Assembly (NCBI RefSeq): GCF_006345805.1
Contig: NC_043007.1
Span: 20,894,001-20,958,000, forward strand
Length of the DNA stretch: 64,000 nt
Reading direction: 5' to 3'
DNA from: Octopus sinensis
Lineage: Eukaryota
Every line of letters starts with the position of its first letter. Within the stretch, counting starts at the first letter, position 1. The position numbers and the translations under genes are program-made. The notes beneath the pieces were generated by a model, which worked only from the letters and a program-made list of their open reading frames with translations, was not told the origin of the DNA and did no database searches. This document shows positions 24,736 through 37,975 of the stretch, piece by piece.

Positions 24736-26345
24736 ACTTCAAAATCACAACTGAGTTCACCAACTGTGATGGTTATGTATAACTTATCAACTTTGTGCTT
24801 TTGGAGCCTGCACAAAAGCCTCAATAAACCAGTTCTTTTGCATGAATGCTGTCGTGTTACTTGTCACTAATCTGAGTCTTATTATTCTATCACTATCTTC
24901 ACTAATTCATTGACTCTCTTAGCTAATTATATTTCGTTTACCTAAGTCAGTTGTACTTTAGTAATTAACAACTTGAGCTGCTTCTTATATCATGAGCTTT
25001 TCTTAGATTTATATGCCATTATTATGAAATCAGATACTTGTGAAATATATTTCTGAATAGCTTTTATTTTCTGAATAACTTGTGAATCATGGGTTCTTTT
25101 AATCATGAGAAGGCAATCTTATTACCACTCTCTTTCTCTACTTATATGTGATAATAAAGAGTTTCTCAAATATGTTTTGCTGAAAGCCAAATTTTCCGTC
25201 TCGGCTCCTGCTGCATGTCAATAACATAATTGCTATTGATGTTGGTTCTTTCCATTTGTTTTCCATTCTGGCAAAGAATGGACGGATCGTTACTGTTTAC
25301 AAACAAGTCTGAAGTTCACATCTCATTCAAAAATCACATTTTGGCTTCATTTCTATAAATGAATGTTCCTTTTATTACCAACCACTTTATGTCGTAGACT
25401 GGGGGGCAATTTATTGGGACACCAATGCTAGAGAGGACTGCCATGTCTTTGATGGGACTAAAGGGGTCCCTTTGACTCTTATGTCCCTGCTAATCAACCA
25501 CTTTACAAAGTATACTTACTAAGTATATAAGTGAAGGTGCATACTGTGTGTTATGTTCTTGAGCAAGAAACTTTATTTCACGTTGCTCCAGTTCACTCGG
25601 CTGTAGAAACGAGTTGTAACATCACTGGTGCCAAGCTGTATCGGCTGCTGCCTTTCACTTGGATTACATCAGTGGAGAAGGGAGGCCGGTATGCATAGGC
25701 AACTGCTGGTCTTCCACAAACAACCTTGCCTGGACTTGTGCCTCAATGGGTAACTCCCATGGTCATTCATGACTGAAGGGGGTCACCCTTACTAAGACTT
25801 AGGTTCGTCATGAGCCTTATGACTTAACAGGCAATTTCTTGGCTTCATTTCTATGACATCTAAGTGAGTGGTTGGCATTAGGAAGGGCATCCAGCCGTAG
25901 AAACATTGCCTGATCAGACTGGGCCTGATGCAGTCTTCTGGCTTCCCAGACCCCGGTTGAACCGTCCAACCCATGCCAGCATGGAAAGCGGACGCTAAAC
26001 GATGATGATGATGATAAGTGAGTAAGATTACTACAGTCGTCTGCCTGAACAGGACTCCAATCTGTTGCAACAGAAACTGGATGTATTTTATTGTGACACC
26101 ACCACAAGTGAGGTTGCTTTGTGTCCCATAGATTTACAATGTCTTTATCACATCTATGATGTGTTTGTCCATTGATGATAAATTATCTGAGAAGATGAGG
26201 AAAAGAGGAAATGTTGACTGATGCTAGCATGTAAAGCATATATTGAACGATACACGCTGCCCTTTCTATATGGAGAGAACCCTTTTGATTCCGGTGGCAC
26301 ATAAAAAGCACCCACTACACTCTCAGATAATAGCTCCTTGCTTAA

Positions 26346-26565
26346 CTCTTTCACATTTAAGCCAGCCATATCCGGCCCAAATATTCTACCAGTTTTATGT
26401 TCATACCAGCCAAATTTGACCTCTCACACCTACCCTACAATGTCCTTCCGTATATAGTCACACCATCTAAATCTCAAAGCTACAAGATAATCCATGATTA
26501 ATTAATTCAAAACAAACTGAATAAATAAGCATTACATCTAACAGAATAACCTGAAAGCAAAAGTG
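26346..26565. mobile_element. Degenerate piggyBac-like MITE, family P1
   Basis: TTAA on both sides; body homologous to 4741-4959. Confidence 0.7.
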
Positions 26566-26627
26566 TTAACCCCCCCCCTCCAGCATTAACAATATCCCTT
26601 AGATCAGTGCTTCTGAAACTGATAAAT

Positions 26628-26855
26628 ACCTATTTCTTTACTACCCACAAGGGGCTAAACACAGAGGGGACAAACAAACGTATTAAGTCGATTACATCGA
26701 CCCCCAGTGCGTAACTGGTACTTATTTAATCGACCCCGAAAGGATGAAAGGCAAAGTCGGCCTCGGCGGAATTTGAACTCAGAACGTAACGGCAGACGAA
26801 ATACGACTACGCATTTCGCCCGGCGTGCTAACGTTTCTGCCAGCTCGCCGCCTTC
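26628..26855 (-). mobile_element. Family A SINE with 12-bp TSD CTGATAAATACC
   Basis: Direct repeat on both flanks. Confidence 0.88.
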
Positions 26856-27789
26856 TGATAAATACCAACCACTCCTCCGCTTTAATTATTAGGGCCACTA
26901 ATGTTTAATTTAATAGGGCCTCACTAATGTGAGGACAGAATGGAGTTTGCATCTATCAACTCTCCTTTCTTGATGGCAAATTTAAAAAGTCTAAAACTGT
27001 CCTATTTTCTTAAACGGGGCAATTTGTCCACCACCCCGCCCACCCCTTTTTTTAATCCTCGCAGTCCCTTCCCTTCCCACGAGGAACACTGACTTAGACA
27101 AGTTAATCCACTATTTCCAGCTAACCATTCAAATAATCCATTATTGTCTCTGCTGTTAGGTTCTATAGAGCATTTATTGCATTGATCCTGTTTATAACGA
27201 CCTCTCTTTCTCTCTCTCTCCCTCCTCCTTTCTCTCCCTCTCCCCTTCTTCCTTCTGTCTCTCCCTCCTTCCCTCCCCCTCTCTCTCCTAGGTACAAGTG
27301 CACTTTTGTGAACGTGGTCGTTTGAAAAGTATGTCTTAACACTCATCTCCTCCTCATCAATGACTGATTCATGTAAACAATCGAAAGACTTCATACTTCC
27401 TGATTAAACAGTATTGAAAACTTCTTTGTTTTCTTACTCGCTCTGCGTTACCTGACTCTAACGTCTCACTCACTCATCTTCTTTGTTTTAGTAATTTGTT
27501 CCTCCTTTCTTCTCGACCATCACTTATCTCTTTCAGTCTCGGCTACTATAGATTTCTACCACAATGTGTCGTCTGGTCGACTTCGTTGCTGTAGATCAAG
27601 ATATTGCATTAAGTTGTCCCTCAGGAATACCCACAGCTCACTTGCTCCATATAAATTCTCTGTGTCTGTATAAACAATTGAGTTAGATAAAAGATCTCTC
27701 TTAGGCCAGCTTCTACTGGCTTCTACTTGTTGGAATTATGCTTCCTACTTTTATTGCTTTTGCACGTAGCTAATCTATTTTTATTATCA

Positions 27790-28685
27790 GTGCCACGTAA
27801 AAGGTGCCGGTGCCACTGTCGTGAAGAGCATCCATGCCACTGTCATGAAAAGCGACCGTGCTGCTGCTGCAAAAAGCACCCTTGCCACTGCAGAAAAAAG
27901 CACCCATCTCCCTGCTGTGAGAAGCACCCGTGCCACTTCCGCAAAAAGCACCCGTTCTACTGCCATGAAAAGTACCTGTGCCACTACTGTGAATAGCACC
28001 CGTACCACTGCTGTGAAAAGCACTCCCGTGCCACTGCCGCAAAAAGCACCCTGTGCCACTGCCATGAAAAGCACCCGTGCCACTGCTGTGAAAAGCACCA
28101 GTGTCACTTCCGCAAAAAGCACCCATGACACTGTTGCAAAAAGCACCTGTGCCACTACCATGAAAAGCACCCGTGCCACTGCTGCGAAAAGCACTCGTGC
28201 CACTCCCATGCCACTGCTGTGAAAAACAACTGTGCCACTTCCACGAAAAGCACCCATCCCACTGCTGTGAAAAGTGCTTGTTCCGCTGTTGCGACAAGCA
28301 CCTGTGCTGCTGCCGCAAAAAGCGCCCCATGTCACTGCCATGAAAAGCACCTGTGCCACTGCTGCGAAAAGCACCAGTGCCACTTCCGCAAAAAGCACCC
28401 ATGTCACTTCTGCGAAAAGCTCCTGTGCCACCTCCGCAAAAAGCACCCTTGCTGGTGCCACCTAATAGCACTGGTGCCAGTGAATTGTAAAAACCACTGG
28501 TTATGGTACCATGTAAAAAGCACTCAGTACATGCTATGAAGTGGTTGGCATCAGGGAGGGCATCCAGCTGTAGAAACCAAGTCAAAACAACTGTGGAACC
28601 CGATGCGGCCCTCTGGCTGGCCAGCTCTTGTCAAACTGTCCGCCCTATGCCAGCAAAGAAAATTGGCAGTAAATGATGATGATAA
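27790..28685 (+). repeat. Degenerate 24-bp VNTR (~27 units, AAAAGCACCCGTGCCACTGCTGTG) inside a family C retroposon whose tail is at 28510-28685
   Basis: 8-aa periodicity (KSTRATAV) in the ORF track; followed by the family C tail and (GAT)n. Confidence 0.88.
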
Positions 28686-28959
28686 TGAACCCCTGGACAT
28701 TACTGTCTCGGGTCCTAGGATTCATAGGGCTCATTACCTGGTTTCCATGAGATATAAGTGACCAAGATCATAAGGTTCCCCCTAAACAAGATGCCAGTCT
28801 GTTGAAGGGTTATTCATTTACAGCTTAGTGGACAAGACCAGTGTGAAATGAAGTGTTTTGCTCAAGAACGCACCACACCACCCAGTTTGGAAATTGAAAC
28901 CACATTCTTAAAATCAAATCAAATCACAGTACTTTGGAATTGTCGGGCGATGTTCGGTG

Positions 28960-29430
28960 CTTGAGGGGTCCTATTGAGTCAAGTAAATCAGATAAAATCA
29001 CAATCAGATGGAAATTGTAGTTGTGGCCGTTACCAGTGCTGGTAGCACATGATAAGCACCATTCATTCATGCATGGGTTGCTGTGAGAGCTGCCTGACTG
29101 GCTCCCTGCACCAGTGGTACATAAAAAGCACCATCCGAACGTGGTCGATGCCAGCCCCCTGCCCCGACTGGCTCCTATGCCGGCGACATGTAAAAAGCAC
29201 CATCCAAACGTGACCGATGTCAGTGCCGCCTGACTGGCTCCCGTGCCGGTGACACATAAAAAGCATCCACTGCACTCTCAGAGTGGTTGGTGTTAGGAAG
29301 AGCATCCGGCTGTAGAAACAGTGTCAGATCAGACTGGAGCCTGGTGCGGCCTCCAGGCTTGCCAGTCACTATTCAAACTGTCCAACCCATGCCAGCATGG
29401 AAAACAGACATTAAACGATGATGATGATGA
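28960..29430 (+). mobile_element. Family C retroposon
   Basis: Three internal units plus tail. Confidence 0.85.
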
Positions 29431-29758
29431 TTCTTGCAATCATGAGTGCAACACCCTAACCAGTGGGCCATGCACCTTCACAAGAATCTATTCTGGAGAT
29501 TGAAATATTTTGCAGTGCTAAATTTAATGCTTTTAATTATTAGTATGCTGTAATAACTAATGAAATCTCGGCAATTTGGCTTTGTGTTCAACATCAGTGG
29601 TAATTAATTCCCAGAATGAAGTTAGTGTAGCAGATGTTTAACTCATTTATGTCTGAGAACCCAAGAATCCTTATTTTGTATTTCATTCCTTGTGGTATAA
29701 CCATAATCTCTCTGCATGCCAATTCACTCACCCCGGTGCTTACCAATGTGACCTTTAA

Positions 29759-30217
29759 CCCTTTCATTACTGTATTTATTTTGAGATGCTCTATGTTTCT
29801 TTCAATTACTTTAAATATAACAAAGAATTTAGTAAAATAACTTGGTTATCATTAAGCTAGTGTTAGGAACATTAATTGTGACTAAAGTTTGGTGGAAGAT
29901 TTTAATTCAAAACTTATGAAAACAAGACATTTGTACTCAGAGCCAGAGCTGGTTTCAGCTAGGTTGGTATCAAAAGGGTTAAGAATTGTTTCTCTATTAT
30001 ATATTTTAATCATTTTGTTATCATATTTCTGTTGAGATACTCTGTGTTTCTTTCAATTAATTTTAAATATAACAAAGAATTTAGTAAAGTAACTTAGTTT
30101 ATCATTCAGCTAGTGTTAGGAACATAAATTATGACTAAGGTTTGGTGGAAGATTTTAATTCAAAACTTATGAGAAAACAAGTCATTTGTACTCAGAGCCG
30201 GTTTGGTAACGAAAGGG
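29759..30217. mobile_element. piggyBac-like MITE, family P2: a complete copy (29759-29978) plus a second right half
   Basis: TTAA-CCCTTT...AAAGGG-TTAA; second right end GGTAACGAAAGGG-TTAA at 30205-30221. Confidence 0.8.
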
Positions 30218-31381
30218 TTAAAGTTTCTTGTTACAATGAACAAATCCCTAATATATCTATCGTGATTTTCATGACCTTCCTTGTCTTGCCTGTGTAAAGA
30301 CGACAATCATTGTCACTCACCAGATTTAACCACTTTTGCTATAAATTTTCTTCTTCTCTGAGTATATCTACATCGTTTATTGTTTCAATCTCTGCTTTTC
30401 CATGCTTGCATGGCTGAGACAGAATTTATTGAGGCAGATTTTCTACAGCTGGGTGCCATTCCTGTCACCAACTCTCACCTGTTTCCAAGCAAGGTAATAT
30501 TTCCCCATAGCCAGACACGTTTTTTGAAGGACACCTCTTGCAAGATGGTGACATTCACTTACGACTATCACATGATGTCAAAGCAAGCAGACAGTAACAC
30601 ACTTACGCACACACACACACACACACGTGCGTGCACACTTACGCACACACACACACAATGGGCCTCCAATTAATTTCTGTTCTCCACATCTACTCACAAG
30701 GCTTTGGTCAACACTTGACCGAGGTGCCACGCAGTGGGACTGAGCCCGAAACCATGTGATCAGGAAGCAGACTTCTTTACCACGCAGTCATACCTCTACT
30801 TATTATGTCTATTCAGAATAAATCAATAAAGTGAGACTGTAAAAGAATATTAATTTGTTTTAGATGTTTTACGTTAAACAGTTTGACCTGGCAGTGGTCT
30901 AAGTGACCTTGTTAATTGCAAAAGCTGAACAGCTGCCCCTAACACACACACACACACACACACACACTATTCTTATTAAAACTTGAATTACTTAATAATT
31001 TTATTATACAGAGATTTCTCCAAATCTGAATTCCTTAAGGGACTAATTAGTCAAGTGGTTAGAAATTTTCAGTTTTCAATTTCAAACTTCGGTATTTTTA
31101 ATCAACGAATCCCACAAAACAGGAAATCGGTAATCTGTAATATTCAAACCAGAAATGCAATTCATAAAGAAAAAAAAAAAAAAAAAGAATGTAATTAAAA
31201 ATGTGTAATTAGTGCTGTTAGTTAGCAATTTAAATTAGATTTTTCGATTAAGAATAGGGAGAAGATAGGATCCTTTTTTGTATTAGCCTAAATTTATATC
31301 GTTAACCGACTGCTGATTAAGAAAGCTGCTGTTTAATGTCGGTGAGTTGTTCCTTTGTTTTACCACCTTTGAGAGTTATTA

Positions 31382-31546
31382 CATCATCATCATCATCGTT
31401 TAACGTCCGCTTTCCATGCTAGCATGGGTTCGAGGATTTGACTGAGGACTGGCAAACCAGATGGCTGCACCAGGCTCCAGGCTGATCTGGCAGAGTTTCT
31501 ACAGCTAGATGCCCTTCCTAATGCCAACCACTCCAAGAGTGTAGTG
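31382..31546 (-). mobile_element. Family C retroposon 3' end with (GAT)n tail, host of the 66-bp array
   Basis: Reverse complement of the GGCGTTAGGAAGGGCATCCAGCTGTAGAAAC...ATGGAAAGCGGACGTTAAACGATGATG tail seen in many copies. Confidence 0.9.
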
Positions 31547-34500
31547 GGTGCTTTTATGTACCACCGGCACCAGGGCCAGTTAGGTGGTACTGGTAACGGC
31601 CACGCTCAAATGGTGCTTTTTATGTGCCACCGACACAAGGGCCAGTTAGGTGGTACTGGCAACGGCCACGCTCAAATGGTGCTTTTTATGTGCCACCGGC
31701 ACCAGGGCCAGTTAGGTGGTACTGGCAACGGCCACGCTCAAATGTGCTTTTTATGTGCCACCGGCACCAGGGCCAGTTAGGTGGTACTGGCAACGCCACG
31801 CTCAAATGGTGCTTTTTATGTGCCACCGGCACCAGGGCCAGTTAGGTGGTACTAGCAACGGCCACGCTCAAATGGTGCTTTTTATGTGCCACCGGCACCA
31901 GGGCCAGTCAGGTGGTGCTGGCAACGGCCACGCTCAAATGGTGCTTTTTATGTGCCCCCGCACCAGGGCCAGTTAGGTGGTACTGGCAACGGCCATGCTC
32001 AAATGGTGCTTTTTATGTGCCACCGGCACCAGGGCCAGTTAGGTGGTACTGGCAACGGCCACGCTCAAATGGTGCTTTTTATGTGCCACAGGCACCAGGG
32101 CCAGTTAGGTGGTACTGGCAACGGCCACGCTCAAATGGTGCTTTTTATGTGCCACCGGCACCAGGGCCAGTTAGGTGGTACTGGCAACGGCCACGCTCAA
32201 ATGGTGCTTTTTATGTGCCACCGGCACCAGGGCCAGTCAGGTGGTACTGGCAACGGCCACGCTCAAATGGTGCTTTTTATGTGCCACCGGCACCAGGGCC
32301 AGTTAGGTGGTACTGGCAACGGCCACGCTCAAATGGTGCTTTTTATGTGCCACGGGCACCAGGGCCAGTTAGGTGGTACTGGCAACGGCCATGCTCAAAT
32401 GGTGCTTTTTATGTGCCACGGACACCAGGGCCAGTTAGGTGGTACTGGCAACGGCCACGCTCAAATGGTGCTTTTTATGTACCACCGGCACCAGGGCCAG
32501 TTAGGTGGTACTGGCAACGGCCACACTCAAATGGTGCTTTTTATGTGCCACCGGCACCAGGGCCAGTTAGGTGGTACTGGCAACGGCCACGCTCAAATGG
32601 TGCTTTTTATGTGCCACCGGCACCAGGGCCAGTTAGGTGGTACTGGCAACAGCCACGCTCAAATGGTGCTTTTTATGTGCCACCGGCACCAGGGCCAGTT
32701 AGGTGGTACTGGCAACAGCCACGCTCAAATGGTGCTTTTTATGTGCCACCGGCACCAGGGCCAGTCAGGTGGTACTGGCAACGGCCACGCTCAAATGGTG
32801 CTTTTTATGTGCCACCGGCACCAGGGCCACTTAGGTGGTACTGGCAACAGCCACGCTCAAATGGTGCTTTTTATGTGCCACCGGCACCAGGGCCAGTTAG
32901 GTGGTACTGGCAACAGCCACGCTCAAATGGTGCTTTTTATGTGCCACCGGCACCAGGGCCAGTTAGGTGGTACTGGCAACGGCCATGCTCAAATGGTGCT
33001 TTTTATGTGCCACGGACACCAGGGCCAGTTAGGTGGTACTGGCAACGGCCACGCTCAAATGGTGCTTTTTATGTGCCACGGGCACCAGGGCCAGTTAGGT
33101 GGTACTGGCAACGGCCACACTCAAATGGTGCTTTTTATGTGCCACGGGCACCAGGGCCAGTTAGGTGGTACTGGCAACGGCCACGCTCAAATGGTGCTTT
33201 TTATGTGCCAACGGGCACCAGGGCCAGTTAGGTGGTACTGGCAACGGCCACACTCAAATGGTGCTTTTTATGTGCCACGGACACCAGGGCCAGTTAGGTG
33301 GTACTGGCAACGGCCACGCTCAAATGGTGCTTTTTATGTGTGCCACGGGCACCAGGGCCAGTTAGGTGGTACTGGCAACGGCCACACTCAAATGGTGCTT
33401 TTTATGTGCCACGGGCACCAGGGCCAGTTAGGTGGTACTGGCAACGGCCACGCTCAAATGGTGCTTTTTATGTGCCACGGGCACCAGGGCCAGTTAGGTG
33501 GTACTGGCAACGGCCACACTCAAATGGTGCTTTTTATGTGCCACGGACACCAGGGCCAGTTAGGTGGTACTGGCAACGCCCACGCTCAAATGGTGCTTTT
33601 TATGTGCCACGGGCACCAGGGCCAGTTAGGTGGTACTGGCAACGGCCACACTCAAATGGTGCTTTTTATGTGCCACGGGCACCAGGGCCAGTTAGGTGGT
33701 ACTGGCAACGGCCACGCTCAAATGGTGCTTTTTATGTGCCACGGGCACCAGGGCCAGTTAGGTGGTACTGGCAACGGCCACACTCAAATGGTGCTTTTTA
33801 TGTGCCACGGACACCAGGGCCAGTTAGGTGGTACTGGCAACGGCCACGCTCAAATGGTGCTTTTTATGTGCCACGGGCACCAGGGCCAGTTAGGTGGTAC
33901 TGGCAACGGCCACACTCAAATGGTGCTTTTTATGTGCCACCGGCACCAGGGCCAGTTAGGTGGTACTGGCAACGGCCACGCTCAAATGGTGCTTTTTATG
34001 TGCCACCGGCACCAGGGCAGTTAGGTGGTACTGGCAACGCCCACGCTCAAATGGTGCTTTTTATGTGCCACGGGCACCAGGGCCAGTTAGGTGGTACTGG
34101 CAACGGCCACACTCAAATGGTGCTTTTTATGTGCCAACGGGCACCAGGGCCAGTTAGGTGGTACTGGCAACGGCCACGCTCAAATGGTGCTTTTTATGTG
34201 CCACGGGCACCAGGGCCAGTTAGGTGGTACTGGCAACGGCCACACTCAAATGGTGCTTTTTATGTGCCACGGACACCAGGGCCAGTTAGGTGGTACTGGC
34301 AACGGCCACGCTCAAATGGTGCTTTTTATGTGCCACCGGCACCAGGGCCAGTTAGGTGGTACTGGCAACGGCCACACTCAAATGGTGCTTTTTATGTGCC
34401 ACCGGCACCAGGGCCAGTTAGGTGGTACTGGCAACGGCCACGCTCAAATGGTGCTTTTTATGTGCCACCGGCACCAGGGCCAGTTAGGTGGTACTGGCAA

Positions 34501-36247
34501 CGGCCACGCTCAAATGGTGCTTTTTATGTACCACCGGCACCAGGGCCAGTTAGGTGGTACTGGCAACGGCCACGCTCAAATGGTGCTTTTTATGTGCCAC
34601 CGGCACCAGGGCCAGTTAGGTGGTACTGGCAATGGCCACGCTCAAATGGTGCTTTTTATGAGCCACCGGCACCAGGGCCAGTTAGGTGGTACTGGCAACG
34701 GCCACGCTCAAATGGTGCTTTTTATGTGCAACGGCACCAGGGCCAGTTAGATGGTACTGGCAACGGCCACGCTCAAATGGTGCTTTTTATGTGCCACCGG
34801 CACCAGGGCCAGTTAGATGGTACTGGCAACGGCCACGCTCAAATGGTGCTTTTTATGTGCCACCGGCACCAGGGCCAGTTGGGTGGTACTGGCAACGGCC
34901 ACGCTCAATGGTGCTTTTTATGTGCCACCGGCACCAGGGCCAGTTAGGGGTACTGGCAACGGCCATGCTCAAATGGTGCTTTTTATATGCCACCGGCACC
35001 AGGGCCAGTTAGGTGGTACTGGCAACGGCCATGCTCAAATGGTGCTTTTTATGTGCCACGGACACCAGGGCCAGTTAGGTGGTACTGGCAACGGCCATGC
35101 TCAAATGGTGCTTTTTATGTGCCACCGGCACCAGGGCCAGTTAGGTGGTACTGGCAACGGCCACACTCAAATGGTGCTTTTTATGTGCCACCGGCACCAG
35201 GGCCAGTTAGGTGGTACTGGCAACGGCCATGCTCAAATGGTGCTTTTTATGTGCCACGGACACCAGGGCCAGTTAGGTGGTACTGGCAACGGCCATGCTC
35301 AAATGGTGCTTTTTATGTGCCACCGCACCAGGGCCAGTTAGGTGGTACTGGCAACGGCCACACTCAAATGGTGCTTTTTATGTGCCACGGCACCAGGGCC
35401 AGTTAGGTGGTACTGGCAACGGCCATGCTCAAATGGTGCTTTTTATGTGCCACCGGCACCAGGGCCAGTTAGGTGGTACTGGCAATGGCCACGCTCAAAT
35501 GGTGCTTTTTATGAGCCACCGGCACCAGGGCCAGTTAGGTGGTACTGGCAACGGCCACGCTCAAATGGTGCTTTTTATGTGCCACCAGCACCAGGGCCAG
35601 TTAGGTGGTACTGGCAACGGCCACGCTCAAATGGTGCTTTTTATGTGCCACCAGCACCAGGGCCAGTTAGGTGGTACTGGCAACGGCCACGCTCAAATGG
35701 TGCTTTTTATGTGCCACCGGCACCAGGGCCAGTTAGGTGGTGGTACTGGCAACGGCCACGCTCAAATGGTGTTTTTTATGTGCCACCAGCACAAGAGCCA
35801 GTCAGGTGGTACTGGCAACGGCCACGCTCAAATGGTGCTTTTTATGTGCCACCGGCACCAGGGCCAGTTAGGTGGTACTGGCAACGGCCACACTCAAATG
35901 GTGCTTTTTATGTGCCACCGGCACCAGGGCCAGTTAGGTGGTACTGGCAACGGCCACACTCAAATGGTGCTTTTTATGTGCCACCGGCACCAGGGCCAGT
36001 CAGGTGGTACTGGCAACGGCCACACTCAAATGGTGCTTTTTATGTGCCACCGGCACCAGGGCCAGTCAGGCGGTACTGGCAACGGCCACACTCAAATGGT
36101 GCTTTTTATGTGCCACCGGCACCAGAGCCAGTTAGGTGGTACTGGCAACGGCCACACTCAAATGGTGCTTTTTATGTGCCACCGGCACCAGGGCCAGTCA
36201 GGTGGTACTGGCAACGGCCACACTCAAATGGTGCTTTTTATGTGCCA
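31547..36247 (-). repeat. 66-bp tandem satellite, ~71 units, expanded from the internal repeat of a family C retroposon
   Basis: Unit GTGCCACCGGCACCAGGGCCAGTTAGGTGGTACTGGCAACGGCCACGCTCAAATGGTGCTTTTTAT; 66-bp period (e.g. 32101 to 32167); contiguous with the retroposon 3' tail at 31382-31546. Confidence 0.95.
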
Positions 36248-36741
36248 TTATTCATAATGCAAACGTTTTCAGTATGTCTAAAAACTATTAAAAAGAGGTT
36301 ATTTTATTTATTTATATTTATATCATTTTAAGTCGTTAAACAATAACGATGTAGATATAATATTAATGAACAGTAGTAGCAATGAAAATGATGGTGTATA
36401 TGTTTGTTCCTGGTTGTGTTTACTAATTCATAGATGTCACTGATTTTAAGCTGAGAGTAATCTAGCAGATTAATTATTCTAAGCGAAACTAGGCAATTGT
36501 TTTGGTCTTAACCCAATCTCCTGCAGTCACTCTCTCCTAACACTCTTTTCTCCTTCTTCATTACTTCTCTCTCCTTCTCTCCTCTCTCTCTCCTCTCTCT
36601 CTTCCTTTTTTCTCATATAAATTTATTGGCATGGCTAATAAATCTATCTGAAGTACTCTGTGTTGCCAGGCTTTATAGAAATTATCAGAAAAAAAGCCAC
36701 ATAACATTATGACCTCATCTCTGGAGATGTGCTCCTATGTA

Positions 36742-36962
36742 CGACGGGATGCTGACAAGTTCCTGGCTTTGGGTAAAAAAAAAAAAATAGAGAAGGATCA
36801 GTTAATTATGATTTTATCCAACATCTTCCCCTCTCAGATTCACACAGTTATTGCAGCGGTCCTTTAGTTTTTCTAAGCCCCGTAAAAGAACTCAGAAGGT
36901 TGGGCCTCCAGCCAGGTCTTATGTGATACCCTTAAAATCAGGAACTTTTCAGCACCCCCTCA
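36742..36962. mobile_element. mariner-like MITE with TA TSD
   Basis: TIRs 20/24 identical (consensus ~CGAGGGGGTGCTGAAAAGTTCCTG); TA on both sides. Confidence 0.8.
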
Positions 36963-36979
36963 TAAAATAACACATATCA

Positions 36980-37260
36980 TCATCATCATTTAACGTCTTT
37001 TCCGTGCTAGCACGGGTTGGACGGTTCTACCGGGGTCTGGGAAGCCAGGAGGCTGCACCAGGCTCCAGTCTGATCTGGCAGTGTTTCTACAGCTGGATGC
37101 CCTTCATAACGCCAACCACTCTGTGAGTGTAGTGGGTGCTTTTTACGTGCCACCAGCACAGGTGCCAGGGGAGGCTGGCAGCGGCCATGATCAGTTGGTG
37201 CTTTTTACATGCCACCAGCACAGGAGCCAGTCAAGGTAGCGCTGGCATCGGCCACGTTTG
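36980..37260 (-). mobile_element. Family C retroposon
   Basis: Reverse-complement tail and two internal units. Confidence 0.85.
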
Positions 37261-37704
37261 GATTGTCTCGATACAAAACTACGTCCTACAACTTGGAACA
37301 TATATATATATATGTGCATGTGCACACACACAAATTAATCAATTCACCATATTTATGAGATATTCCTAGAAAAAGTCGGCAGTTTGTCTGATAATGCTGT
37401 TTCACTGGAAATTGTTCCATGCTAGCAATTCAGAAGATTATTCCAGTCAAGCTCCAGAGACATTGGAACAGGATGTGATCCTCAGACCTATAGGATCCAG
37501 TCAGACCATCCACCCCATTCTAACAGGAAAAGTAGATGGAAAAGGATGATGGTAATGATGAGGCTATTAATTTACTTAATTACTGCAAATGAATTATTTT
37601 TCTAAACCAGTATTTCTCGTGTCTTGTGCAGTTTTCACTTGTATTCATTATTCTTAGTTTTTCTAAGAATATGGAAAATAACAAGAGTCATATATATATA
37701 GGAA

Positions 37705-37975
37705 CAGGCGTGGCTGTGTGGTAAGAAGCTTGCTTCCCAACTCCATGGCTTTGAGTTCAGTCCCACTGCGTGACACCTTGGGCAAGTGTCTTCTACAATA
37801 GCCTCAGGCCAACTAAAGCCTTGTGAATGGATTTGGTAGATGGAAACTGAAAGAAGCCCATATGTATGTGTGTGTGTGTGTGTTTGTCCACCACCCCCCC
37901 ACCATCACTTGACAACCGATGTTGGCGTGTTTACGGCCCTGTAACTTAGCAGTTTGGCAAAAGAGACAAACACTG
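37705..37975 (+). mobile_element. Family B SINE, 3'-truncated
   Basis: Head AGGCGTGGCTGTGTGGTAAG and CORE present. Confidence 0.85.

Noticed and set aside
27290-27720. Minus-strand coding-looking stretches (DCLHESVIDEEEMSVK; ELWVFLRDNLMQYL)
   Set aside because: Weak splice sites and no recognisable homology.
27727-28585. Thr/Ala/Lys-rich or Cys/His-rich mucin- or metallothionein-like ORFs
   Set aside because: Translations of the 24-bp VNTR on both strands.
31547-36247. CRISPR-like array
   Set aside because: No unique spacers, no cas genes, eukaryotic context.
31544-36331. Long ORFs (up to 712 aa) with His/Gly-rich (MCHRHQGQLGGTGNGHAQMVLF) or Pro/Trp-rich repeats, superficially like cephalopod structural proteins
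   Set aside because: A 66-bp unit is a multiple of 3 and stop-free in two frames by chance; frames swap at indels; the sequence is antisense retroposon DNA inside an intron.
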